Below are positions 13,031 to 23,269 of a stretch of DNA of 64,000 nucleotides, piece by piece. A program made the translations under genes and the position numbers. Position 1 is the first letter of the stretch, and each line of letters starts with the position of its first letter. The stretch covers positions 18,939,968-19,003,967 of the forward strand of contig NC_068993.1 in the NCBI RefSeq assembly GCF_001194135.2, given 5' to 3'. Source of the DNA: Octopus bimaculoides. Taxonomy: Eukaryota. Under the pieces are notes generated by a model. It ran no database searches. It worked only from the letters and a program-made list of their open reading frames with translations, and had not been told where the DNA came from.

Positions 13031-14944
13031 AATATTTAAAGTTAGATATTTTGAGAAAAGCATCTTCATTCAATTCCTAAGAAGTAACCGTTGTTACCCG
13101 TTTTATTTGTACGTGTAATTGTATATCTATTTCAATATTTACTTTCTTATAACTTAGTAGTACGATATTCGAAGGTTAACGATGAACTGTCAGTGTCAGT
13201 AGAACGTCGGATATAATGCCTTGTGGTATTTGTTCTGACGCCCTAAATTCGAATCACGCCGATATCAGCTTTGCTTTTTATTTAGGGTGCATAAATAAAT
13301 ACCAATCAAATACTAGGTCAATTAATTGCCCTCCCTCACTTGCCACTCTCTCCCTTTCCCCTCTCTCTCAGATCTAGCTATGTTGCGTCATGAGGTGTGT
13401 TGTAAGAGATCGCTCAGAATTGGAGAGGGGCTTACGTGTATTAGACCCTTCTTCTCATAGAGAAACGGGTATGCCACTGGAATCGCCCAAAACTGACCGA
13501 TATGCATGAATATTTGAAACGAAAATAGTGTTATTGAAAAAGAGATGTTTCTTCTGTGGTAGTCTCACTTTTCTTTATCCAACCTCTGTTCTGTAATTAC
13601 ATGTAATGCAATAATACTCTTCCTATATCAGTATTTTTATATATTTGATTCTGGCCCGAAACTTTTATTAGATATCTTTTGGGCAAGAATACTTATATTT
13701 TTAACTAAAATAAAAATTCAATCATGATAATTTAAACCCTCATGCGAAGAAACACAAATTAAAAGCGGGGTTATGATAAAAAAATATCTTTTATAAAAAG
13801 TAAATTTAATTTTCGTAATTAAAAATTGAAAAATGCTATAATAAAATGTTTTTTAACAACGAAAAACGTAAAGTAATTAAAGAAGTAATTTCAATGCTTA
13901 AAAATGAAAAATATAACTTATTTTTCAAATTGGAAATAATTAAAACAAGATTATTGTAAAAATTTCAATTTTGCGGAAATGAAAATTAATGTTTCTATTT
14001 AAAAATTAAAAAGTATTATAATAAAAATTTGCATTACCCAACAAGGGAAAATAATGTTTTTAATTAAAAAAATTTTTTAAAGTCTATAATGAAAATTTGT
14101 ATTGCCCCGGGAAAGGCAATTTATTTTCCAAATTAAAACAAAAGGTTATATGGAAAATTTTGTTTTTATAAGGAAAGAAAAATTAAAAAATATGTATAGG
14201 AGCGAGTATTGCTATATATATATAATTGATAGCGTTTTTATTCCTTCGCTTTCTTCTCTCCTCTTTATTTCTCCCTATATACAAGAATTTACATTGAAAA
14301 TGGCCAAAAAATATATTAAAATTAAATAGATATATAAATGGTATATCATAAAAAATTTGTTAGGGATCAATATTCTATTGCATGTTAATGAATACTCTAC
14401 GACAAACCGTTAGTTTCAGGGCACAACTACGCTTGAATTTTAGAGCTTTCTGTAAACAAAGTAAATATTTTATTCCCCACTCAAACTCGAGGAAGGACTT
14501 TTAATGCCCGAAGGACTTATATGCCATGAAGTACGTTAATTAAAAAATATTTTTGTTACATATTGTTAGAATTTTTTTTATGTCTAATTAATTATATTGT
14601 AATAAATTTTATTCTTTTGTGCAAACACACTGAATATGTAGATACACAACACTCGAATAGCACAAATGTAAGAACAAAACCCATAAGAAACAAAACCTTG
14701 TACAAAGAAATAAAATGGCAGAATTTTCTATAAGCTTGTGAACCTAAACGTTGTGTTCGAATGCGCACCACCAATGACATGTGCAGAAAATCAGCAATTG
14801 CCATACTGTGGCCAAGGTCGCTGTATCCACTGACACGCCTTCGGGTTAATAATGGACTTTGATGAAAATGTGATATTCCCAGCTTGTAATTCAGCAAACT
14901 ACAACATTGTTGAATATACAGTATGCTCCTCGACTCGACGTGGC

Positions 14945-14980
<36 letters not shown>

Positions 14981-15154
14981 NNNNNNNNNNNNNNNNNNNN
15001 NNNNNNNNNNNNNNNNNNNNNNNNNNNNNNNNNNNNNNNNNNNNNNNNNNNNNNNNNNNNNNNNNNNNNNNNNNNNNNNNNNNNNNNNNNNNNNNNNNNN
15101 NNNGTATATATATATGTATGCATATATATATATATATATATGTATGTATATGCA

Positions 15155-15190
<36 letters not shown>

Positions 15191-15250
15191 TGTATATATA
15201 TGAGGTTCTCGAATTGTAAATGACCTTTACTCATTTGATTAAGTATTGAG

Positions 15251-15624
15251 GTGGAGGCGCAATGGCCCAGTGGTTAGGGCAGCGGACTCGCGGTCATAGG
15301 ATCGCAGTTTCGATTCCCAGACCGGGCGTTGTGAGTGATTATTGAGCGAAAACACCTAAAAGCTCCATGAGGCTCCGGCAGGGGATGGTGGCGAACCCTG
15401 CTGTACTCTTCCACCACAACTTTCTGTTTCTGTTGTGCCTGTAATTCAAAGGGTCAGCCTTGTCACACTCTGTCACGCTGAATATCCCCGAGTACTACGT
15501 TAAGGGTACACGTGTCTGTGGAGTGCTCAGCCACTTGCACGTTAATTTCACGAGCAGGCTGTTCCGTTGATCGGATCAACTGGAACCCTTGACGTCGTAA
15601 GCGACGGAGTGCCAACGACAACAA
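15251..15624 (+). mobile_element. SINE family A, with 11-bp TSD
   Basis: TSD TAAGTATTGAG at 15240-15250 and 15625-15635. Confidence 0.9.
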
Positions 15625-16747
15625 TAAGTATTGAGACCTGTTCATTCAGTGTTGACCAAAGATATAACACAACCTAACATCAATGTCATCTAATCTTGCA
15701 GGAGAGTAATGATCTATGGCTTGAATTTGCCTATATTCATGTTACGTCTTTAAGTGAAAGTCGAAATTTCCATTGGTTATTAAAAAAAAAAACGTTTGGT
15801 ACTTATGATATTCCTTTAAAACTCAGCCGTATATATACACAAGCAGACACCTTGACACACGCATAGATATACACATAGATATAAACATACACATACAACA
15901 TGTATTGAATTAAGGTTATTGTTTTAAAATGAGTTTAAGAATAACGATGGAACATTTTCTGATTAGAAAACTCAATAGCTAAAGTAGAGTCTAAGTCGCA
16001 GTAAAATTATCTGGGCTTTTAAGTCTTGTTTAACGGTTTCGCCAAGCGAAACCTAGAATTCCTGTAAATACAAATTTATGTCCACACACACACACACACG
16101 TGTGTGTATGTGTGTGTACTCGCTCGAGCATGCATACGAACACACACAAAAGCATACCTGCATGCAGACGCATACAAATCTTACAAATATTCACACACAT
16201 ATATTCAGTCTCAGTGTCTTGTTTCTACTGCAGTAAAGTATGTTATATTCACACTCTTCCGTTGCAGTACAGCAGCTTCATGTCTTTATTAATTAATTTG
16301 TAAAACCTGCCTTAACATTCTAGAAGAGCTGTTATTCTATAATAATACACTGTTTATGAGTTTTACTTGTTTGTGTTCCTGGCAAATATATATTGTGTAG
16401 ATCAAATCGATTTAAAATTCTGTTACTTAGCAATGTTTTCTACTTTACTTAAATTACAATTTATTACATTAAATGTTAATGTAATTACTGAGATAGATAA
16501 ATTATATTAATCTATTTTAGTGTAGGTTGTATATTGCTTAATTTACTGTACACACACACATACACACACATATATGTACATATACGTATACACCCACATA
16601 CATATATATTTCTTTCTCTGTCTCCCCTTCCTCTTTATATTGGGATAACATTAGGTATCATATTTTCTCTACCCTTACTTTCTTTGTCGAGTTTTCTAAA
16701 TGAACGAATTCATTTGTGTCAACTTTCGCATTGCATTTTGGTTGTAC

Positions 16748-17165
16748 AATTTTTCATGGCTGTGTTGGTTAGGAATCTCGCTTTACAAACTACGAGGTTT
16801 CGGGTTCAGTTCCACTGCGCAGAACCATTGGCAAGTGTCTTCTACTATATCCCAGGTCCGACCAGTGCCATGTGAGCGCATCTGCTGCTTTGTAAAAAGC
16901 TCGTCGTATACACTCACACACATACACACGTATGTGTATGTTAGGTGTGTATGTGTGTATTTTTATCTCAGCACTACTACAGTCACCACTACCACCACCA
17001 CCATCGCTTGGAACCGGTGTTCGTTTACGCCCTCGTAATTTAGCGGTTCAGCCTAAAAGATCGATAGAATAAGTTTTAGACTTAAAGATAACTTGCGGAG
17101 TTGATTTTGTTCCACTGAACCATTCAAGGCGATGCCCTAGTATGGTCGTAGTCCAATGAGTGGAG
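16748..17165 (+). mobile_element. SINE family B, degenerate
   Basis: GGGTTCAGTTCCACTGCG...TTGGCAAGTGTCTTCTACTAT...CGTAATTTAGCGGTTC matches family B. Confidence 0.7.
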
Positions 17166-17418
17166 TAAGAAAATAATATGTAAAATGATTTCTGCATTTT
17201 TTTTTTGAAGTGAGAACAAGCTTAACATTATTTGAATGTTATAAAAGTCAGCATTACCTTCCTGAATGCAGAATTGTTTCTTTCGCGATGCTTGCCATTG
17301 TTGCTACCTGGGGGATGGTGGTACAGTTGAGACATTAATAATGCTCATATTGCAGTTTTGCCTTGATATTTCTGTTAACATGAGTGCATAGAGAATTCAC
17401 CTTCACGGAATTGTTAAT

Positions 17419-17718
17419 CTATTTAGGTCTAAACATTCGCTTCTGTGAAAATGTTTTTGGTTCTCCATTTTTTGGTTTGTCAGTTTTTACCATTTTAACA
17501 TTTGTCAGATATAATGTTATTGTGAACGGTAAGCATGAAGTTCCTTTTAAGAACTGTTCTCTGGACCATTGTTCTCCTGTCATTTTCTGTTTCCATTCAT
17601 CAATAAAGTTTTTAGGTACCGATTGTTTCTTTAGAACAGAAACACATTGAATATAAACTGGCTGCTCTGTGTCTTGCATATCTGATACATAGTTTGGACA
17701 ATTTCCTAGAATCGCATC
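17419..17718 (-). CDS. Unassigned candidate terminal exon (99 aa, DAILGNCPNYVSDMQDTEQPVYIQC...RMFRPK*)
   Basis: The open frame starts exactly at a cgccattttAG acceptor (phase 0) and runs 300 nt to TAG in non-repetitive sequence. No recognisable domain. Confidence 0.18.
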   Translation of the reverse strand, partial: DAILGNCPNYVSDMQDTEQPVYIQCVSVLKKQSVPKNFIDEWKQKMTGEQWSREQFLKGTSCLPFTITLYLTNVKMVKTDKPKNGEPKTFSQKRMFRPK

Positions 17719-19054
17719 CTAAAATGGCGGACGATACATTCAACCAAAAATTTATTAGAATTATCTCTCGATATATCATTTTCTATACATTAAGAAAATA
17801 AATGTTCCTCTATAGGCACTCAAACAGTAATGAATAAATAAGCAAATAAATACGAAAATTCACTAAATTACCCATTCAAAATTATTCATGCGTGCGCATG
17901 TATGTGTTCGTGGTTGCATTTGCATGTGTGTGCTTCCTGGCTGTTTGTGTGTATGTGTGTTTCTACGTGATTGTGGGTGCTTGTATGTGTATGTATGTGT
18001 ATGTGTATGCGTGTGTAAGTGTTTATGTGTGTATGTGTGTCTGTATGTACGTATGTGTGTATGTGTATATTTGTATGTATCTATAATGAGCTCTGTGTAA
18101 TATAGAAAATGTTCTGATTTATTCATTTAATTACTTATTCTTGTCTGAGAATCACTAAGGGAGAGTATTAAACTGTAATAAAGGCAAAGACGGACAATAG
18201 ATTTTTAGCAGATCACACCGACGGCTATTTAATGATGTAATTCTGTGAAATTGTATGTAGTTAGCTCACATAAGATTCAATCTACTCTTAATAACCATAT
18301 CATTAGGTCAAGCGAAGCGTTTTTAAGTTTATATATTTTTTTGTCGGTATGCTTAGTTCATTTTCTTCACTTGTATAGCACTGTTTATATGCTCAAAATT
18401 TCCAATTCTTCTTCCTTCAGGATCAATCAAACGCACAGAAAATCGTCGCTGTGGGCCTTCTGAGTACAAAACAACAGACAGAATTAATTATTACACTTAA
18501 TTAGAAGTGTTCAAGATGATATTTTCTGCTTGGCGCATTTAATTTTTTGTATTGTTTCTTTACCAATAATGCCAGTAATATTTTTCTGGTTATTTTATCC
18601 TATTTCATAACAACTAACATAGCCGCAGTGCTACAAATATTTGAAGTAATGTATATAGCTAACTTTATCGACCGGCCCAGTAATTGACTGGTTGCTTTTC
18701 TAAGCATGAAAAGCGAAGTTAACAAGGTTGGATTTAAACTCAGAATATAACCATATGTGACTAGATACTACAAATCATCTTGTAAAATACTCTCTTGATT
18801 CTGGTTTTGTTTTTATCGCTGTTTTCCTGTTTCATTATACTGCCACTTATTCCGAATGGAAATTTATATTGACGATATTCGTCTTCATTATACGTCTCAT
18901 TTCGTATTTTGAGTTCTGCAGTAAACCAAGGAGGCTTCTGCTCTTCAGACAGCAGCACAAACATTACAGTTCTATATTTAAGAGATGAAGAATTATGTAC
19001 CTTGTCTACATTATTTACAATTGACGGATATTTGTCCTCATCTTATTTGTTGTT

Positions 19055-19100
19055 AACACAACGTTTCGGCTGATATATCCTCCAGCCTTCATCAGGTGTC
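19055..19100 (-). ncRNA. Minimal type I hammerhead ribozyme motif (Penelope type)
   Basis: Minus strand reads GACAC CTGATGA A GGCTG gaggatatat CAGCC GAAA CGTT GTGTT. Confidence 0.65.
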
Positions 19101-19375
19101 ATGGAGAAATTTCGAACCTGGGTTCTCATTCCTAAGGTATTTTTCGATGTTATTATTATTATTATTATTATTATTCTGGTCACTGCCTGGAATCGGACTC
19201 GGAATCTTGGGGTTAGCAGCCCGCGCTCTAAGCCACTTGTTGTTAAGAGAGCGGGTCCACTAACCCCAAGATTCTGAGTTCGATTCCAGGCAGCGACCTG
19301 AATAATAATAATAATAATAATAATAACATCGAAAAATACCTTAGGAATGAGAACTTAGATTCGAAATTTCCCCAA

Positions 19376-19421
19376 GACACCTGATGAAGGCTGGAGGGTA
19401 TATCAGCCGAAACGTTGTGTT
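19376..19421 (+). ncRNA. Minimal type I hammerhead ribozyme motif (Penelope type)
   Basis: GACAC CTGATGA A GGCTG gagggtatat CAGCC GAAA CGTT GTGTT. Stem I is GACAC/GTGTT, stem II is GGCTG/CAGCC, stem III is the palindrome AACGTT, and the cleavage triplet is GUU. Confidence 0.7.
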
Positions 19422-20267
19422 AACAACAAACAAGATGAGGACAAATATGTATCAAATGTAAATAATGAGCACAACCAGTAGTTTTATTGGAAACTTGGGA
19501 GAAAATTGCCTCGTCCTGAGTTTTGTGAATCAAAAGGCTCCGAAACTTTCTCCCACAGCTACAACCGATAGTGATAAAGTCAGGACAAAAGTCGGAAAAA
19601 GAGAACCACACCAGCAACAACGACTTTGGCCAACGAACGAAACCAAAGCCCCCCACCTCCAAAAAATACTCTATCTGTTTGCAAGGATAGGAACTAGACG
19701 GAATAGGCCTTTATGAAAATTTTAAAAAACTAAGTAAAATCTGCTTGAGGAAAAGCCGATCTCTTCTTTCATAGCAATGGACTTTACAGCCCATCGCAAG
19801 ACCTATAGCGGCACAATGCAAGGCACTATTGAAAGAGATGTGTATTTTCTTGTCAACATTTTGATCAGGTAGAAATACTTAAGGGCACATTTGGAAGTAC
19901 TTAGCTTCAATATATGTAATGAACGAATCTCTTGTACAGTTTAAGGGTCAGCTGACATAATAAAGCTTGTGGGTAAATGATTGCGTCACCCATTATATAT
20001 TTTCTTTTGTTTAAATTATATTGTAAGTTAATTATTGTTTTATATAATTTGATATTTATTCTGTGTTTTAATAACTTTTGGGGTACGTTCATTATATAAC
20101 GCACTAATATCTTCCCAGGCCTTTACATACTTTCGTCTGGTCGGCTTTTTGTTTTTGTAACCTCAAGGTTTTAACAATTTATTGTATATTTTCCTGAATA
20201 CTTGTGAATAATAACGAGAAAAATATAATTATCATTCTTATTACGATCATCAAGGTGCAAGCATCGT

Positions 20268-20338
20268 TGTTAAACGAGTAAATCGTAAAACGAGGTCGGT
20301 CATGGAACGAATTAAACTCGTACTGCGAGGTATCACTA
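20268..20338. mobile_element. Isolated inverted copy of the Tigger terminus that starts at 21463
   Basis: AAACGAGTAAATCGTAAAACGAGGTCGGTCAT...CTCGTACTGCGAGGTATCACT is the reverse complement of about 21464-21530. Confidence 0.75.
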
Positions 20339-20941
20339 TATATAAGAATGGAAGACAAGGTTGGGAAGACGGTATAGCGACGAAATGAACTATTACAACT
20401 TCTCAACAATTTCCTGCGACTCCACGAACTCACGAACGACGTATTTCGACTTCCTGCGATTTCTCATCATTCGCTCTCAATCAAACACGCTGCTACTTAT
20501 ACGAGTTCGGTTAGTCCATTCTCACAGGGGGTGTCATGATTCTCGCCATAACATCTCGCCTTTTAAGATTTGACTTCTGTAGGAAGTGCAGCTCATTTAT
20601 TTGATTTTATTCTACTTTTTTCATCATCAGCTCTACCTTTTTTAAGATTTTAATTTCCTCAGTAGTTTTAATACTTCTTTCGCTTAGGAACTATTTCTAG
20701 TCAGTCGGTCTGTTTATGTTTTCTATTGCTGATCCACCTAGTTTGGAACATCGAAGAAATCATAACAAACTTCTATCGGTATTTCTTCTCTTTCTTCGGT
20801 ATATCTAGTCTTCAACAGGTTCAAATGTCTTTTGTACTCTCCTACTTGACCTTTTATTATGGACATCTTACTACCTACATTATTTACATTATTTACTTTA
20901 TTAACATTTAACGGATATTTGTCCTCATCTTGTTTGTTGTT

Positions 20942-20987
20942 AACACGACGTTTCGGCTGATATGCCCTCCAGTCTTCATCAGGCGTC
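20942..20987 (-). ncRNA. Minimal hammerhead ribozyme motif
   Basis: Minus strand reads GACGC CTGATGA A GACTG gagggcatat CAGCC GAAA CGTC GTGTT. GUC triplet; one stem II mismatch. Confidence 0.55.
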
Positions 20988-21034
20988 TTGGGGAAATTTC
21001 GGACCTGGGTTCTCATTCCTAAGGTATTTTTCGA

Positions 21035-21090
<56 letters not shown>

Positions 21091-21170
21091 TCATTGAATC
21101 GAACTCGGAATCTTGTGGTTATTAGTCCGTGCTCTTAAGCCCAAGATTCCGAGTTCGATTCGGGTCACTG

Positions 21171-21213
<43 letters not shown>

Positions 21214-21278
21214 ATAATAATAATAGCAACATCGAAATGTACCTTAGGAATGAGAACCTAGGTTCAAAATTTCCCCAA

Positions 21279-21324
21279 GACACCTGATGAAGGTTGGAGG
21301 TTATAACAGCCGAAACGTTGTGTT
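21279..21324 (+). ncRNA. Minimal hammerhead ribozyme motif
   Basis: GACAC CTGATGA A GGTTG gaggttataa CAGCC GAAA CGTT GTGTT. Stem II is retained with a G-U wobble. Confidence 0.6.
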
Positions 21325-21462
21325 AACAACAAACAAGATGAGGACAAATATCCGTCTAATGTACATAATTACTCATTTCTTAAATATAGAGCTGTAGTAT
21401 CTTACTCCCTATTCTTTTCGTCACTATACAGTCCTCCCAACATTGTCTTCCATTCTTATATA

Positions 21463-23152
21463 CAGTGATACCTCACAGTACGAGTTTAATTCTTTCTATG
21501 ACCGACCTCGTTTTACGATTTACTCGTTTTACGATTTACTCGTTTTACGATTTACTCGTTTTACAAATCGATTTTCCCGATTGAAATTAACTAAAATATA
21601 ATTAATGTGTTCCAGCCCCCAAAAGCCACTCAAAAATAATTTTTTATGGGTTTTAAACAAAAAAGGTGTAGTTGCAAGTAAAGTGACAATTATAAAAAAG
21701 AGAATGCATAAGAAATATGTAAACTGGTATTATTACCCGAATTACTGGTTTTGTTAACTGAATGGGTCGATTTGTGCGCGAGGAAGACGATAGAACGGGG
21801 AGGAGGTTTACTGTCTGGATGGAGAATCTTTCATTAAGACTTCATGGAAAACAATTTCTAGCATTTTCTCTCTCCGCTTAATTTAAGCTTTTTGGATTCA
21901 TATTCTTCACTTTTTGGTGTTGCGTGAAAGGTACATAACATTTATAAATTAAAATTCGTCCAGGATATCATTTTCAAGGTTAAGAGGGTGAGCAGGAGCA
22001 CAGTCGAGGATGAAGAGGCCCTTGAGAGGAAGATTGTTCTCCAGAACATACTTTTTCTCTGCTGGTCCGGAGAAGAATTGCCAGGCTTTAACGTTTGCCC
22101 TCCACACGACCTACAACTTATCCTTCAGGATTTTGTGCGACTTGAACACTCGTGGATTTTCGGAATTGTAGACATGAAGCGGCTTTAATCTTCAAGTCTC
22201 CACTCTCATTGGCATAAAGGACAAGGGTTAGCCTATCTTTCATAGGTTTGTGGCCTGATATTTTCTTCTCCTCTGCAGTTACATAGGTCGTTCTGGGTAT
22301 TTATTTTCCACAAAAGCCCATTTTCATCACAGTTGGATACCTGTTGTACAATGCATCCCTCGGCTCGGATGATCTGACGGGATTCACGCATGAAATCTTC
22401 AGCTGCCTTAGTGTCAGAGCTCGCTGCTTCTCCTTACCCGAAGGCGCTATGAGAGCCAGTCTTCTTCTTAAAATTACCAAACCGGCCGCGACTGGCATTA
22501 AATGCGTCTGCCGATGTCTCCTCCGTCGACGTTCCAGGGTTCTGTTTCAGGAGATCCCCATACAGCGCGTGTGCTTTCTCGCAGATGATGGTCTTCGTAA
22601 TCGTATCCCCTGCGAGTTGCTTCGTGTTGAGCCACAAGAAAAACAATTTTTCCATCTCTTCGTCAGATGTGCGTTGCTTAGAGAGCCTGGAGACACCCTT
22701 TGCTGTTGCAACGGCCTTTATCTCGTCCTTTCTCTTCAGGATGGTGCAGTTCTCTCTCTCATGTTTATCAATGATTTCTTTCTTCAGTTCTACCGTAATT
22801 AGCTTTCTCTTCTTTTCAGCACTGTCCTTTGCACTAACCTTCTTAGGACCCATGGCTAACACAACTAATTATCATAAAATAATAGCAAAATATGCTTAAA
22901 ACTAAACAAAAACACTGGCAAAAAACGCAACAGGGATGCTGTCACAACGAGATTAACACGTGAACTGAGCGAGCGGAGACTGTTCTTGTTGGGAGAGCGT
23001 GCGTGAGCTCACTGCCGACTAGCAGTCGCTTGTATGAAACTCGCTTGTACTGCGGATTTCTGCTCGTACTTCAAGACAAAAATTCGCACGTGCCTCGGCT
23101 CATACAGCAAATTACTCGTACAATGGTGAACTCGTACTGCGAGTTTCTACTG
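21463..23152 (-). mobile_element. Tigger/pogo-family DNA transposon, internally deleted
   Basis: Imperfect 22-bp TIRs CAGTGATACCTCACAGTACGAG and CTCGTACTGCGAGTTTCTACTG, with TA on both sides. Subterminal 16-nt repeats at 21507-21568. Confidence 0.9.
22000..22862 (-). pseudogene. Disrupted Tigger transposase (CENP-B-type HTH domains and start of DDE_1 domain)
   Basis: KKRKLITVELKKEII...EMEKLFFLWL...IICEKAHALY...FNASRGRFGNFKK, then in shifted frames QQVSNCDENGL and GHKPMKDRLTL. Confidence 0.9.
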
Positions 23153-23269
23153 TATTTTGAAATGAACTTTATCTCCTACGTTAAAATACTGTGTTGTGTT
23201 TCTTGGTTTTTCCCTATATATTCTTTTTCTGTAGGTTACAATTGATCAAAAATTGATTTTATCTTCTAG

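Larger units (their letters stand above)
18964..19467. mobile_element. Palindromic head-to-head dimer of a tRNA-head/(AAT)n/hammerhead element (copy 1)
   Basis: Arms 18965-19236 and 19239-19467 are reverse complements. Flanked by AGCACAA(A/C)CA at 18954-18963 and 19468-19477. Confidence 0.85.
20878..21398. mobile_element. Palindromic head-to-head dimer of the tRNA-head/(AAT)n/hammerhead element (copy 2)
   Basis: Arms 20878-21138 and 21139-21396. Flanked by ATCTTACT(A/C)CCTA at 20865-20877 and 21399-21411. Confidence 0.85.

Noticed and set aside
15251-15330. tRNA-like sequences at SINE heads (families A, B, C and the hammerhead element)
   Set aside because: They have A/B boxes but no complete cloverleaf or acceptor stem and run straight into repeat bodies; not tRNA genes.
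19750-19880. Spacing resembling a DNA methyltransferase motif I (F...L..G......E), with 'KPPW' near 18935
   Set aside because: It lacks the GxG core, is separated by stops and an insertion, and the similarity is at chance level.
22344-22899. Plus-strand ORFs of 152 aa and 104 aa
   Set aside because: Antisense shadows of the Tigger transposase.
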